Positions 41,686 to 56,800 of a DNA stretch of 64,000 nt are shown here, in pieces. Every line of letters starts with the position of its first letter. The first letter of the stretch is position 1. The notes under the pieces are model-generated. The model worked only from the letters and a program-made list of their open reading frames with translations. It ran no database searches and was not told the origin of the DNA. Source of the stretch: Bugula neritina (Eukaryota > Animalia > Bryozoa); assembly GCA_964035545.1 (NCBI GenBank), contig OZ037767.1, positions 12,385,801 to 12,449,800 of the forward strand, given 5' to 3'. The position numbers and the translations under genes are program-made.

Positions 41686-44600
41686 GTGAAAATAACTAGA
41701 AATGTAGAAGTTCGGGAGTTGTCTCTCCTGTGTTTTTGGTTTTGTGTTCTTGACTTGTCAGGCTGCAAATATTTGAAAAATCACAACTGCAAATACATTT
41801 GTTGGTGTAGCAAAATTATTAAACCCATCAACCTTTGCGATCTGAGGAACGAAAGACGGATACTGCAACTTACACACCTTTCTATTATGAATTTAGAGAT
41901 ATACATTGTTTTGTCAACCCTTCTGGCAACCAATATTAAGTGCATTGCTCGTTTTCCACGCTTTATATCCACTTATTTTACATTTTCTCAATCAACTAAA
42001 CACAGGTAAGCAGAGTTGCTAACTGGTTGCATGGTATTCAGGCAGTCGCACTTCTTGTCACTCAATCGTTGAAGATTGATGCTTGATGAAGGCCTACGGT
42101 CCTTACAGTATACATACTGGAGGTACTGTGCTTTGAACTCAAAAACAAAAAAGAGAATATATGACTTGCAAAACTAACGAATCACATTGTGATGACTCCA
42201 GACCCTATTGACAGTGTGCCTCAGTAATGTCTGTTCAGTGCAAACTATGGACAGCAAAGTTGTCAGGCAATAATGATACAAACAATTCTGCAAACCCTTT
42301 TCATGAAGGTTTTGTGATGAAAGAGTATCCAGACCCTGTAATGGCTATACAACTGGAGGGAAGGAATATACTCGTTTTTCAATAGCAACAAAGCATGTTC
42401 AGAACTTGTAGACAGAAACACACTCATGACACATTAAACAATCTGTAACAAGTCTTGCTCATTATAACAGACAAATGTTATGACATACTCCTTTCGTTTA
42501 GGAGATATATCAACTACTACTCCTACAAAAACAATAAAGAGGTAAAAGACAGCACTGCTCAGTTTGATTTCATTTCATTCAATTCATCGTAACGCCATCA
42601 ATGGGCTGCACTTTTGGTCACACCTGGCTAACTGCTCTTGGAAAATTACTCATTTCGCCAATTGTGACATTATGTGAACTCACCGTTAGTTTTTAACTTT
42701 GAATCAAAAAATGATAAAGTAATTGTAAATCTGTTTACAGTCGTCAAAGCGGCTGATCCTTAATTTCAACACTGGGTTTAGGTGATGGAAGAATCCCAAG
42801 ACAAGTTTGGTACTACGCTAGACAATAGGCTGCTGGCACCGGAAAATGTGAACATGTGTGCATTTAACAGATGAAGCTAAAACATGTATACATCTTATAT
42901 TTAGTGAAAATTGAATATGCATCACTTTTCTATGTGAGAACATTGCTGGATAGTGAAAATAACTAGAAATGTAGAAGTTCGGGAGTTGTCTCTCCTGTGT
43001 TTTTGGTTTTGTGTTCTTGACTTGTCAGGCTGCAAATATTTGAAAAATCAGAACTGCAAATACATTTGTTGGTGTAGCAAAATTATTAAACCCATCAACC
43101 TTTGCGATCTGAGGAACGAAAGACGGATACTGCAACTTACACACCTTTCTATTATGAATTTAGAGATATACATTGTTTTGTCGACCCTTCTGGCAACCAA
43201 TATTAAGTGCATTGCTCGTTTTCCACGCTTTATATCCACTTAGTTTACATTTTCTCAATCAACTAAACACAGGTAAGCAGAGTTGCTAACTGGTTGCATG
43301 GTATTCAGGCAGTCGCACTTCTTGTCACTCAATCGTTGAAGATTGATGCTTGATGAAGGCCTACGGTCCTTACAGTATACATACTGGAGGTACTGTGCTT
43401 TGAACTCAATAACAAAAAAGAGAATATATGACTTGCAAAACTAACGAATCACATTGTGATGACTCCAGACCCTATTGACAGTGTGCCTCAGTAATGTCTG
43501 TTCAGTGCAAACTATGGACAGCAAAGTTGTCAGGCAATAATGATACAAACAATTCTGCAAACCCTTTTCATAAAGGTTTTGTGATGAAAGAGTATCCAGA
43601 CCCTGTAATGGCTATACAACTGGAGGGAAGGAATATACTCGTTTTTCAATAGCAACAAAGCATGTTCAGAACTTGTAGACAGAAACACACTCATGACACA
43701 TTAAACAATCTGTAACAAGTCTTGCTCATTATAACAGACAAATGTTATAACATACTCCTTTCGTTTAGGAGATATATCAACTACTACTCCTACAAAAACA
43801 ATAAAGAGGTAAAAGACAGCACTGCTCAGTTTGATTTCATTTCATTCAATTCATTGTAACGCCATCAATGGGCTGCACTTTTGGTCACACCTGGCTAACT
43901 GCTCTTGGAAAATTACTCATTTCGCCAATTGTGACATTATGTGAACTCACTGTTAGTTTTTAACTTTGAATCAAAAAATGATAAAGTAATTGTAAATCTG
44001 TTTACAGTCGTCAAAGCGGCTGATCCTTAATTTCAACACTGGGTTTAGGTGATGGAAGAATCCCAAGACAAGTTTGGTACTAAGCTAGACAATAGGCTGT
44101 TGGCAACGGAAAATGTGAACATGTGTGCATTTAACAGATGAAGCTAAAACATGTATACATCTTATATTTAGTGAAAATTGAATATGCATCACTTTTCTAT
44201 GTGAGAACATTGCTGGATAGTGAAAATAACTAAAAATGTAGAAGTTCGGGAGTTGTCTCTCCTGTGTTTTTGGTTTTGTGTTCTTGACTTGTCAGGCTGC
44301 AAATATTTGAAAAATCACAACTGCAAATACATTTGTTGGTGTAGCAAAATTATTAAACCCATCAACCTTTGCGATCTGAGGAACGAAAGACGGATACTGC
44401 AACTTACACACCTTTCTATTATGAATTTAGAGATATACATTGTTTTGTCGACCCTTCTGGCAACCAATATTAAGTGCATTGCTCGTTTTCCACGCTTTAT
44501 ATCCACTTATTTTACATTTTCTTATTCAACTAAACACAGGTAAGCAGAGTTGCTAACTGGTTGCATGGTATTCAGGCAGTCGCACTTCTTGTCACTCAAT

Positions 44601-47600
44601 CGTTGAAGACTGATGCTTGATGAAGGCCTACGGTCCTTACAGTATACATACTGGAGGTACTGTGCTTTGAACTCAAAAACAAAAAAGAGAATATATGACT
44701 TGCAAAACTAACGAATCACATTGTGATGACTCCAGACCCTATTGACAGTGTGCCTCAGTAATGTCTGTTCAGTGCAAACTATGGACAGCAAAGTTGTCAG
44801 GCAATAATGATACAAACAATTCTGCAAACCCTTTTCATAAAGGTTTTGTGATGAAAGAGTATCCAGACCCTGTAATGGCTATACAACTGGAGGGAAGGAA
44901 TATACTCGTTTTTCAATAGCAACAAAGCATGTTCAGAACTTGTAGACAGAAACACACTCATGACACATTAAACAATCTGTAACAAGTCTTGCTCATTATA
45001 ACAGACAAATGTTATAACATACTCCTTTCGTTTAGGAGATATATCAACTACTACTCCTACAAAAACAATAAAGAGGCAAATGACAGCACTGCTCAGTTTG
45101 ATTTCATTTCATTCAATTCATTGTAACGCCTTCAATGGGCTGCACTTTTGGTCACACCTGGCTAACTGCTCTTGGAAAATTACTCATTTCGCCAATTGTG
45201 ACATTATGTGAACTCACTGTTAGTTTTTAACTTTGAATCAAAAAATGATAAAGTAATTGTAAATCTGTTTACAGTCGTCAAAGCGGCTGATCCTTAATTT
45301 CAACACTGGGTTTAGGTGATGGAAGAATCCCAAGACAAGTTTGGTACTACGCTAGACAATAGGCTGCTGGCACCGGAAAATGTGAACATGTGTGCATTTA
45401 ACAGATGAAGCTAAAACATGTATACATCTTATATTTAGTGAAAATTGAGTATGCATCACTTTTCTATGTGAGAACATTGCTGGATAGTGAAAATAACTAG
45501 AAATGTAGAAGTTCGGGAGTTGTCTCTCCTGTGTTTTTGGTTTTGTGTTCTTGACTTGTCAGGCTGCAAATATTTGAAAAATCACAACTGCAAATACATT
45601 TGTTGGTGTAGCAAAATTATTAAACCCATCAACCTTTGCGATCTGAGGAACGAAAGACGGATACTGCAACTTACACACCTTTCTATTATGAATTTAGAGA
45701 TATACATTGTTTTGTCGACCCTTCTGGCAACCAATATTAAGTGCATTGCTCGTTTTCCACGCTTTATATCCACTTATTTTACATTTTCTCAATCAACTAA
45801 ACACAGGTAAGCAGAGTTGCTAACTGGTTGCATGGTATTCAGGCAGTCGCACTTCTTGTCACTCAATCGTTGAAGATTGATGCTTGATGAAGGCCTACGG
45901 TCCTTACAGTATACATGCTGGAGGTACTGTGCTTTGAACTCAAAAACAAAAAAGAGAATATATGACTTGCAAAACTAACGAATCACATTGTGATGACTCC
46001 AGACCCTATTGACAGTGTGCCTCAGTAATGTCTGTTCAGTGCAAACTATGGACAGCAAAGTTGTCAGGCAATAATGATACAAACAATTCTGCAAACCCTT
46101 TTCATAAAGGTTTTGTGATGAAAGAGTATCCAGACCCTGTAATGGCTATACAACTGGAGGGAAGGAATATACTCGTTTTTCAATAGCAACAAAGCATGTT
46201 CAGAACTTGTAGACAGAAACACACTCATGACACATTAAACAATCTGTAACAAGTCTTGCTCATTATAACAGACAAATGTTATAACATACTCCTTTCGTTT
46301 AGGAGATATATCAACTACTACTCCTACAAAAACAATAAAGAGGCAAAAGACAGCACTGCTCAGTTTGATTTCATTTCATTCAATTCATTGTAACGCCATC
46401 AATGGGCTGCACTTTTGGTCACACCTGGCTAACTGCTCTTGGAAAATTACTCATTTCGCCAATTGTGACATTATGTGAACTCACTGTTAGTTTTTAACTT
46501 TGAATCAAAAAATGATAAAGTAATTGTAAATCTGTTTACAGTCGTCAAAGCGGCTGATCCTTAATTTCAACACTGGGTTTAGGTGATGGAAGAATCCCAA
46601 GACAAGTTTGGTACTACGCTAGACAATAGGCTGCTGGCACCGGAAAATGTGAACATGTGTGCATTTAACAGATGAAGCTAAAACATGTATACATCTTATA
46701 TTTAGTGAAAATTGAATATGCATCACTTTTCTATGTGAGAACATTGCTGGATAGTGAAAATAACTAGAAATGTAGAAGTTCGGGAGTTGTCTCTCCTGTG
46801 TTTTTGGTTTTGTGTTCTTGACTTGTCAGGCTGCAAATATTTGAAAAATCAGAACTGCAAATACATTTGTTGGTGTAGCAAAATTATTAAACCCATCAAC
46901 CTTTGCGATCTGAGGAACGAAAGACGGATACTGCAACTTACACACCTTTCTATTATGAATTTAGAGATATACATTGTTTTGTCGACCCTTCTGGCAACCA
47001 ATATTAAGTGCATTGCTCGTTTTCCACGCTTTATATCCACTTATTTTACATTTTCTCAATCAACTAAACACAGGTAAGCAGAGTTGCTAACTGGTTGCAT
47101 GGTATTCAGGCAGTCGCACTTCTTGTCACTCAATCGTTGACGATTGATGCTTGAAGAAGGCCTACGGTCCTTACAGTATACATACTGGAGGTACTGTGCT
47201 TTGAACTCAAAAACAAAAAAGAGAATATATGACTTGCAAAACTAACGAATCACTTTGTGATGACTCCAGACCCTATTGACAGTGTGCCTCAGTAATGTCT
47301 GTTCAGTGCAAACTATGGACAGCAAAGTTGTCAGGCAATAAAGATACAAACAATTCTGCAAACCCTTTTCATAAAGGTTTTGTGATGAAAGAGTATCCAG
47401 ACCCTGTAATGGCTATACAACTGGAGGGAAGGAATATACTCGTTTTTCAATAGCAACAAAGCATGTTCAGAACTTGTAGACAGAAACACACTCATGACAC
47501 ATTAAACAATCTGTAACAAGTCTTGCTCATTATAACAGACAAATGTTATAACATACTCCTTTCGTTTAGGAGATATATCAACTACTACTCCTACAAAAAC

Positions 47601-50554
47601 AATAAAGAGGTAAAAGACAGCACTGCTCAGTTTGATTTCATTTCATTCAATTCAATGTAACACTATCAATGGGCTGCACTTTTGGTCACACCCAGCTAAC
47701 TGCTCTTGGAAAATTACTCATTTCGCCAATTGTGACATTATGTGAAATCACTGTTAGTTTTTAACTTTGAATCAAAAAATGATAAAGTAATTGTAAATCT
47801 GTTTACAGTCGTCAAAGCGGCTGATCCTTAATTTCAACACTGGGTTTAGGTGATGGAAGAATCCCAAGACAAGTTTGGTACTACGCTAGACAATAGGCTG
47901 CTGGCACCGGAAAATGTGAACATGTGTGCATTTAACAGATGAAGCTAAAACATGTATACATCTTATATTTAGTGAAAATTGAATATGCATCACTTTTCTA
48001 TGTGAGAACATTGCTGGATAGTGAAAATAACTAGAAATGTAGAAGTTCGGGAGTTGTCTCTCCTGTGTTTTTGGTTTTGTGTTCTTGACTTGTCAGGCTG
48101 CAAATATTTGAAAAATCACAACTGCAAATACATTTGTTGGTGTAGCAAAATTATTAAACCCATCAACCTTTGCGATCTGAGGAACGAAAGACGGATACTG
48201 CAACTTACACACCTTTCTATTATGAATTTAGAGATATACATTGTTTTGTCAACCCTTCTGGCAACCAATATTAAGTGCATTGCTCGTTTTCCACGCTTTA
48301 TATCCACTTATTTTACATTTTCTCAATCAACTAAACACAGGTAAGCAGAGTTGCTAACTGGTTGCATGGTATTCAGGCAGTCGCACTTCTTGTCACTCAA
48401 TCGTTGAAGATTGATGCTTGATGAAGGCCTACGGTCCTTACAGTATACATACTGGAGGTACTGTGCTTTGAACTCAAAAACAAAAAAGAGAATATATGAC
48501 TTGCAAAACTAACGAATCACATTGTGATGACTCCAGACCCTATTGACAGTGTGCCTCAGTAATGTCTGTTCAGTGCAAACTATGGACAGCAAAGTTGTCA
48601 GGCAATAATGATACAAACAATTCTGCAAACCCTTTTCATGAAGGTTTTGTGATGAAAGAGTATCCAGACCCTGTAATGGCTATACAACTGGAGGGAAGGA
48701 ATATACTTGTTTTTCAATAGCAACAAAGCATGTTCAGAACTTGTAGACAGAAACACACTCATGACACATTAAACAATCTGTAACAAGTCTTGCTCATTAT
48801 AACAGACAAATGTTATGACATACTCCTTTCGTTTAGGAGATATATCAACTACTACTCCTACAAAAACAATAAAGAGGTAAAAGACAGCACTGCTCAGTTT
48901 GATTTCATTTCATTCAATTCATCGTAACGCCATCAATGGGCTGCACTTTTGGTCACACCTGGCTAACTGCTCTTGGAAAATTACTCATTTCGCCAATTGT
49001 GACCTTATGTGAACTCACCGTTAGTTTTTAACTTTGAATCAAAAAATGATAAAGTAATTGTAAATCTGTTTACAGTCGTCAAAGCGGCTGATCCTTAATT
49101 TCAACACTGGGTTTAGGTGATGGAAGAATCCCAAGACAAGTTTGGTACTACGCTAGACAATAGGCTGCTGGCACCGGAAAATGTGAACATGTGTGCATTT
49201 AACAGATGAAGCTAAAACATGTATACATCTTATATTTAGTGAAAATTGAATATGCATCACTTTTCTATGTGAGAACATTGCTGGATAGTGAAAATAACTA
49301 GAAATGTAGAAGTTCGGGAGTTGTCTCTCCTGTGTTTTTGGTTTTGTGTTCTTGACTTGTCAGGCTGCAAATATTTGAAAAATCAGAACTGCAAATACAT
49401 TTGTTGGTGTAGCAAAATTATTAAACCCATCAACCTTTGCGATCTGAGGAACGAAAGACGGATACTGCAACTTACACACCTTTCTATTATGAATTTAGAG
49501 ATATACATTGTTTTGTCGACCCTTCTGGCAACCAATATTAAGTGCATTGCTCGTTTTCCACGCTTTATATCCACTTAGTTTACATTTTCTCAATCAACTA
49601 AACACAGGTAAGCAGAGTTGCTAACTGGTTGCATGGTATTCAGGCAGTCGCACTTCTTGTCACTCAATCGTTGAAGATTGATGCTTGATGAAGGCCTACG
49701 GTCCTTACAGTATACATACTGGAGGTACTGTGCTTTGAACTCAATAACAAAAAAGAGAATATATGACTTGCAAAACTAACGAATCACATTGTGATGACTC
49801 CAGACCCTATTGACTGTGTGCCTCAGTAACGTCTGTTCAGTGCAAACTATGGACAGCAAAGTTGTGTGGCAATAATGAGACAAACAATTCTGCAAACCCT
49901 TTTCATTAAAGTTTTGTGATGAAAGAGTAATCAGACCCTGTAATTGCTATACAACTGGAGGGAAGGAATATACTCGTTTTTTAATAGCAGCAAAGCATGT
50001 TCAGAACTAGTAAACAGCAACACACTCATGAAACACTAAACAATCTGTAACAAGTCTTGCTCATTATAACAGACAAATGTTATAACATACTCCTTTCGTT
50101 TAGGAGATATATCAACTACTACTCCTACAAAAACAATAAAGAGGTAAAAGACAGCACTGCTCAGTTTGATTTCATTTCATTCAATTCATTGTAACGCCAT
50201 CAATGGGCTGCACTTTTGGTCACACCTGGCTAACTGCTCTTGGAAAATTACTCATTTCGCCAATTGTGACATTATGTGAACTCACTGTTAGTTTTTAACT
50301 TTGAATCAAAAAATGATAAAGTAATTGTAAATCTGTTTACAGTCGTCAAAGCGGCTGGTCCTTAATTTCAACACTGGGTTTAGGTGATGGAAGAATCCCA
50401 AGACAAGTTTGGTACTACGCTAGACAATAGGCTGCTGGCACCGGAAAATGTGAACATGTGTGCATTTAACAGGTGAAACTAAAACATGTATACATCTTAT
50501 ATTTAGTGAAAATTGAATATGCATCACTTTTCTATGTGAGAACATTGCTGGATA
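37885..50554. repeat. Higher-order duplication, 5-monomer unit (6335 bp) x2: u30-u34 / u35-u39
   Basis: Matching pairs at +6335: ACTAAAAA copy (37885/44220), CATGCTGG copy (39152/45487), AATCAG copy (40419/46754), TCATGAAGG + CACCGTT copy (41686/48021) and AATCAG + ACTTAG copy (42953/49288). This overlaps the previous block. Confidence 0.88.
49815..50036. other. Divergent 222-bp patch within monomer u39 (17 substitutions vs array consensus)
   Basis: Hand comparison with consensus gives substitutions at 49815, 49830, 49866, 49867, 49879, 49907, 49910, 49930, 49931, 49945, 49982, 49990, 50009, 50013, 50018, 50032 and 50036, with no indels. Confidence 0.9.
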
Positions 50555-53500
50555 GTGAAAATAACTAGAAATGTAGAAGTTCGGGAGTTGTCTCTCCTGT
50601 GTTTTTGGTTTTGTGTTCTTGACTTGTCAGGCTGCAAATATTTGAAAAATCACAACTGCAAATACATTTGTTGGTGTAGCAAAATTATTAAACCCATCAA
50701 CCTTTGCGATCTGAGGAACGAAAGACGGATACTGCAACTTACACACCTTTCTATTATGAATTTAGAGATATACATTGTTTTGTCGACCCTTCTGGCAACC
50801 AATATTAAGTGCATTGCTCGTTTTCCACGCTTTATATCCACTTATTTTACATTTTCTCAATCAACTAAACACAGGTAAGCAGAGTTGCTAACTGGTTGCA
50901 TGGTATTCAGGCAGTCGCACTTCTTGTCACTCAATTGTTGATGATTGATGCTTGAAGAAGGCCTACGGTCCTTACAGTATACATACTGGAGGTACTGTGC
51001 TTTGAACTCAATAACAAAAAAGAGAATATATGACTTGTAAAACTAACGAATCACATTGTGATGACTCCAGACCCTATTGACAGTGTGCCTCAGTAATGTC
51101 TGTTCAGTGCAAACTATGGACAGCAAAGTTGTCAGGCAATAAAGATACAAACAATTCTGCAAACCCTTTTCATAAAGGTTTTGTGATGAAAGAGTATCCA
51201 GACCCTGTAATGGCTATACAACTGGAGGGAAGGAATATACTCGTTTTTCAATAGCAACAAAGCATGTTCAGAACTTGTAGACAGAAACACACTCATGACA
51301 CATTAAACAATCTGTAACAAGTCTTGCTCATTATAACAGACAAATGTTATAACATACTCCTTTCGTTTAGGAGATATATCAACTACTACTCCTACAAAAA
51401 CAATAAAGAGGTAAAAGACAGCACTGCTCAGTTTGATTTCATTTCATTCAATTCAATGTAACACTATCAATGGGCTGCACTTTTGGTCACACCCAGCTAA
51501 CTGCTCTTGGAAAATTACTCATTTCGCCAATTGTGACATTATGTGAAATCACTGTTAGTTTTTAACTTTGAATCAAAAAATGATAAAGTAATTGTAAATC
51601 TGTTTACAGTCGTCAAAGCGGCTGATCCTTAATTTCAACACTGGGTTTAGGTGATGGAAGAGTCCCAAGACAAGTTTGGTACTACGCTAGACAATAGGCT
51701 GCTGGCACCGGAAAATGTGAACATGTGTGCATTTAACAGATGAAGCTAAAACATGTATACATCTTATATTTAGTGAAAATTGAATATGCATCACTTTTCT
51801 ATGTGAGAACATTGCTGGATAGTGAAAATAACTAGAAATGTAGAAGTTCGGGAGTTGTCTCTCCTGTGTTTTTGGTTTTGTGTTCTTGACTTGTCAGGCT
51901 GCAAATATTTGAAAAATCACAACTGCAAATACATTTGTTGGTGTAGCAAAATTATTAAACCCATCAACCTTTGCGATCTGAGGAACGAAAGACGGATACT
52001 GCAACTTACACACCTTTCTATTATGAATTTAGAGATATACATTGTTTTGTCAACCCTTCTGGCAACCAATATTAAGTGCATTGCTCGTTTTCCACGCTTT
52101 ATATCCACTTATTTTACATTTTCTCAATCAACTAAACACAGGTAAGCAGAGTTGCTAACTGGTTGCATGGTATTCAGGCAGTCGCACTTCTTGTCACTCA
52201 ATCGTTGAAGATTGATGCTTGATGAAGGCCTACGGTCCTTACAGTATACATACTGGAGGTACTGTGCTTTGAACTCAAAAACAAAAAAGAGAATATATGA
52301 CTTGCAAAACTAACGAATCACATTGTGATGACTCCAGACCCTATTGACAGTGTGCCTCAGTAATGTCTGTTCAGTGCAAACTATGGACAGCAAAGTTGTC
52401 AGGCAATAATGATACAAACAATTCTGCAAACCCTTTTCATGAAGGTTTTGTGATGAAAGAGTATCCAGACCCTGTAATGGCTATACAACTGGAGGGAAGG
52501 AATATACTCGTTTTTCAATAGCAACAAAGCATGTTCAGAACTTGTAGACAGAAACACACTCATGACACATTAAACAATCTGTAACAAGTCTTGCTCATTA
52601 TAACAGACAAATGTTATGACATACTCCTTTCGTTTAGGAGATATATCAACTACTACTCCTACAAAAACAATAAAGAGGTAAAAGACAGCACTGCTCAGTT
52701 TGATTTCATTTCATTCAATTCATCGTAACGCCATCAATGGGCTGCACTTTTGGTCACACCTGGCTAACTGCTCTTGGAAAATTACTCATTTCGCCAATTG
52801 TGACATTATGTGAACTCACCGTTAGTTTTTAACTTTGAATCAAAAAATGATAAAGTAATTGTAAATCTGTTTACAGTCGTCAAAGCGGCTGATCCTTAAT
52901 TTCAACACTGGGTTTAGGTGATGGAAGAATCCCAAGACAAGTTTGGTACTACGCTAGACAATAGGCTGCTGGCACCGGAAAATGTGAACATGTGTGCATT
53001 TAACAGATGAAGCTAAAACATGTATACATCTTATATTTAGTGAAAATTGAATATGCATCACTTTTCTATGTGAGAACATTGCTGGATAGTGAAAATAACT
53101 AGAAATGTAGAAGTTCGGGAGTTGTCTCTCCTGTGTTTTTGGTTTTGTGTTCTTGACTTGTCAGGCTGCAAATATTTGAAAAATCAGAACTGCAAATACA
53201 TTTGTTGGTGTAGCAAAATTATTAAACCCATCAACCTTTGCGATCTGAGGAACGAAAGACGGATACTGCAACTTACACACCTTTCTATTATGAATTTAGA
53301 GATATACATTGTTTTGTCGACCCTTCTGGCAACCAATATTAAGTGCATTGCTCGTTTTCCACGCTTTATATCCACTTAGTTTACATTTTCTCAATCAACT
53401 AAACACAGGTAAGCAGAGTTGCTAACTGGTTGCATGGTATTCAGGCAGTCGCACTTCTTGTCACTCAATCGTTGAAGATTGATGCTTGATGAAGGCCTAC

Positions 53501-53615
53501 GGTCCTTACAGTATACATACTGGAGGTACTGTGCTTTGAACTCAATAACAAAAAAGAGAATATATGACTTGCAAAACTAACGAATCACATTGTGATGACT
53601 CCAGACCCTATTGAC

Positions 53616-53837
53616 TGTGTGCCTCAGTAACGTCTGTTCAGTGCAAACTATGGACAGCAAAGTTGTGTGGCAATAATGAGACAAACAATTCTGCAAACCC
53701 TTTTCATTAAAGTTTTGTGATGAAAGAGTAATCAGACCCTGTAATTGCTATACAACTGGAGGGAAGGAATATACTCGTTTTTTAATAGCAGCAAAGCATG
53801 TTCAGAACTAGTAAACAGCAACACACTCATGAAACAC
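53616..53837. other. Copy of the divergent patch (u42)
   Basis: Same variants as 49815-50036 (GACTGTGTG ... GAGTAATCAG ... ACTAGTAAACAGCAAC ... GAAACACT). Confidence 0.9.
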
Positions 53838-56800
53838 TAAACAATCTGTAACAAGTCTTGCTCATTATAACAGACAAATGTTATAACATACTCCTTTCGT
53901 TTAGGAGATATATCAACTACTACTCCTACAAAAACAATAAAGAGGTAAAAGACAGCACTGCTCAGTTTGATTTCATTTCATTCAATTCATTGTAACGCCA
54001 TCAATGGGCTGCACTTTTGGTCACACCTGGCTAACTGCTCTTGGAAAATTACTCATTTCGCCAATTGTGACATTATGTGAACTCACTGTTAGTTTTTAAC
54101 TTTGAATCAAAAAATGATAAAGTAATTGTAAATCTGTTTACAGTCGTCAAAGCGGCTGGTCCTTAATTTCAACACTGGGTTTAGGTGATGGAAGAATCCC
54201 AAGACAAGTTTGGTACTACGCTAGACAATAGGCTGCTGGCACCGGAAAATGTGAACATGTGTGCATTTAACAGGTGAAGCTAAAACATGTATACATCTTA
54301 TATTTAGTGAAAATTGAATATGCATCACTTTTCTATGTGAGAACATTGCTGGATAGTGAAAATAACTAGAAATGTAGAAGTTCGGGAGTTGTCTCTCCTG
54401 TGTTTTTGGTTTTGTGTTCTTGACTTGTCAGGCTGCAAATATTTGAAAAATCACAACTGCAAATACATTTGTTGGTGTAGCAAAATTATTAAACCCATCA
54501 ACCTTTGCGATCTGAGGAACGAAAGACGGATACTGCAACTTACACACCTTTCTATTATGAATTTAGAGTGATACATTGTTTTGTCGACCCTTCTGGCAAC
54601 CAATATTAAGTGCATTGCTCGTTTTCCACGCTTTATATCCACTTATTTTACATTTTCTCAATCAACTAAACACAGGTAAGCAGAGTTGCTAACTGGTTGC
54701 ATGGTATTCAGGCAGTCGCACTTCTTGTCACTCAATTGTTGATGATTGATGCTTGAAGAAGGCCTACGGTCCTTACAGTATACATACTGGAGGTACTGTG
54801 CTTTGAACTCAATAACAAAAAAGAGAATATATGACTTGTAAAACTAACGAATCACATTGTGATGACTCCAGACCCTATTGACAGTGTGCCTCAGTAATGT
54901 CTGTTCAGTGCAAACTATGGACAGCAAAGTTGTCAGGCAATAAAGATACAAACAATTCTGCAAACCCTTTTCATAAAGGTTTTGTGATGAAAGAGTATCC
55001 AGACCCTGTAATGGCTATACAACTGGAGGGAAGGAATATACTCGTTTTTCAATAGCAACAAAGCATGTTCAGAACTTGTAGACAGAAACACACTCATGAC
55101 ACATTAAACAATCTGTAACAAGTCTTGCTCATTATAACAGACAAATGTTATGACATACTCCTTTCGTTTAGGAGATATATCAACTACTACTCCTACAAAA
55201 ACAATAAAGAGGTAAAAGACAGCACTGCTCAATTTGATTTCATTTCATTCAATTCATTGTAACGCTATCAATGGGCTGCACTTTTGGTCACACCCAGCTA
55301 ACTGCTCTTGGAAAACTACTCATTTCGCCAATTGTGACATTATGTGAACTCACTGTTAGTTTTTAACTTTGAATCAAAAAATGATAAAGTAATTGTAAAT
55401 CTGTTTACAGTCGTCAAAGCGGCTGGTCCTTAATTTCAACACTGGGTTTAGGTGATGGAAGAATCCCAAGACAAGTTTGGTACTACGCTAGACAATAGGT
55501 TGCTGGCACCGGAAAATGTGAACATGTGTGCATTTAACAGATGAAGCTAAATCATGTATACATCTTATATTTAGTGAAAATTGAATATGCATCACTTTTC
55601 AATGTGAGAACATTGCTGGATAGTGAAAATAACTAGAAATGTAGAAGTTCGGGAGTTGTCTCTCCTGTGTTTTTGGTTTTGTGTTCTTGACTTGTCAGGC
55701 TGCAAATATTTGAAAAATCACAACTGCAAATACATTTGTTGGTGTAGCAAAATTATTAAACCCATCAACCTTTGCGATCTGAGGAACGAAAGACGGATAC
55801 TGCAACTTACACACCTTTCTATTATGAATTTAGAGATATACATTGTTTTGTCGACCCTTCTGGCAACCAATATTAAGTGCATTGCTCGTTTTCCACGCTT
55901 TATATCCACTTATTTTACATTTTCTCAATCAACTAAACACAGGTAAGCAGAGTTGCTAACTGGTTGCATGGTATTCAGGCAGTCGCACTTCTTGTCACTC
56001 AATTGTTGACGATTGATGCTTGAAGAAGGCCTACGGTCCTTACAGTATACATACTGGAGGTACTGTGCTTTGAACTCAAAAACAAAAAAGAGAATATATG
56101 ACTTGCAAAACTAACGAATCACTTTGTGATGACTCCAGACCCTATTGACAGTGTGCCTCAGTAATGTCTGTTCAGTGCAAACTATGGACAGCAAAGTTGT
56201 CAGGCAATAAAGATACAAACAGTTCTGCAAACCCTTTTCATAAAGGTTTTGTGATGAAAGAGTATCCAGACCCTGTAATGGCTATACAACTGGAGGGAAG
56301 AAATATACTCGTTTTTCAATAGCAACAAAGCATGTTCAGAACTTGTAGACAGAAACACACTCATGACACATTAAACAATCTGTAACAAGTCTTGCTCATT
56401 ATAACAGACAAATGTTATGACATACTCCTTTCGTTTAGGAGATATATCAACTACTACTCCTACAAAAACAATAAAGAGGTAAAAGACAGCACTGCTCAAT
56501 TTGATTTCATTTCATTCAATTCATTGTAACGCTATCAATGGGCTGCACTTTTGGTCACACCCAGCTAACTGCTCTTGGAAAACTACTCATTTCGCCAATT
56601 GTGACATTATGTGAACTCACTGTTAGTTTTTAACTTTGAATCAAAAAATGATAAAGTAATTGTAAATCTGTTTACAGTCGTCAAAGCGGCTGATCCTTAA
56701 TTTCAACACTGGGTTTAGGTGATGGAAGAATCCCAAGACAAGTTTGGTACTACGCTAGACAATAGGCTGCTGGCACCGGAAAATGTGAACATGTGTGCAT

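Larger units (their letters stand above)
48021..55622. repeat. Higher-order duplication, 3-monomer unit (3801 bp) x2: approximately u38-u40 / u41-u43
   Basis: Matching pairs: TCATGAAGG copy (48021/51822), AATCAG + ACTTAG + divergent-patch copy (49288/53089) and GTTGATGATT + GACTTGTAAA copy (50555/54356). The true ends fall mid-monomer, because the tails of u40 and u43 differ. Confidence 0.85.
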
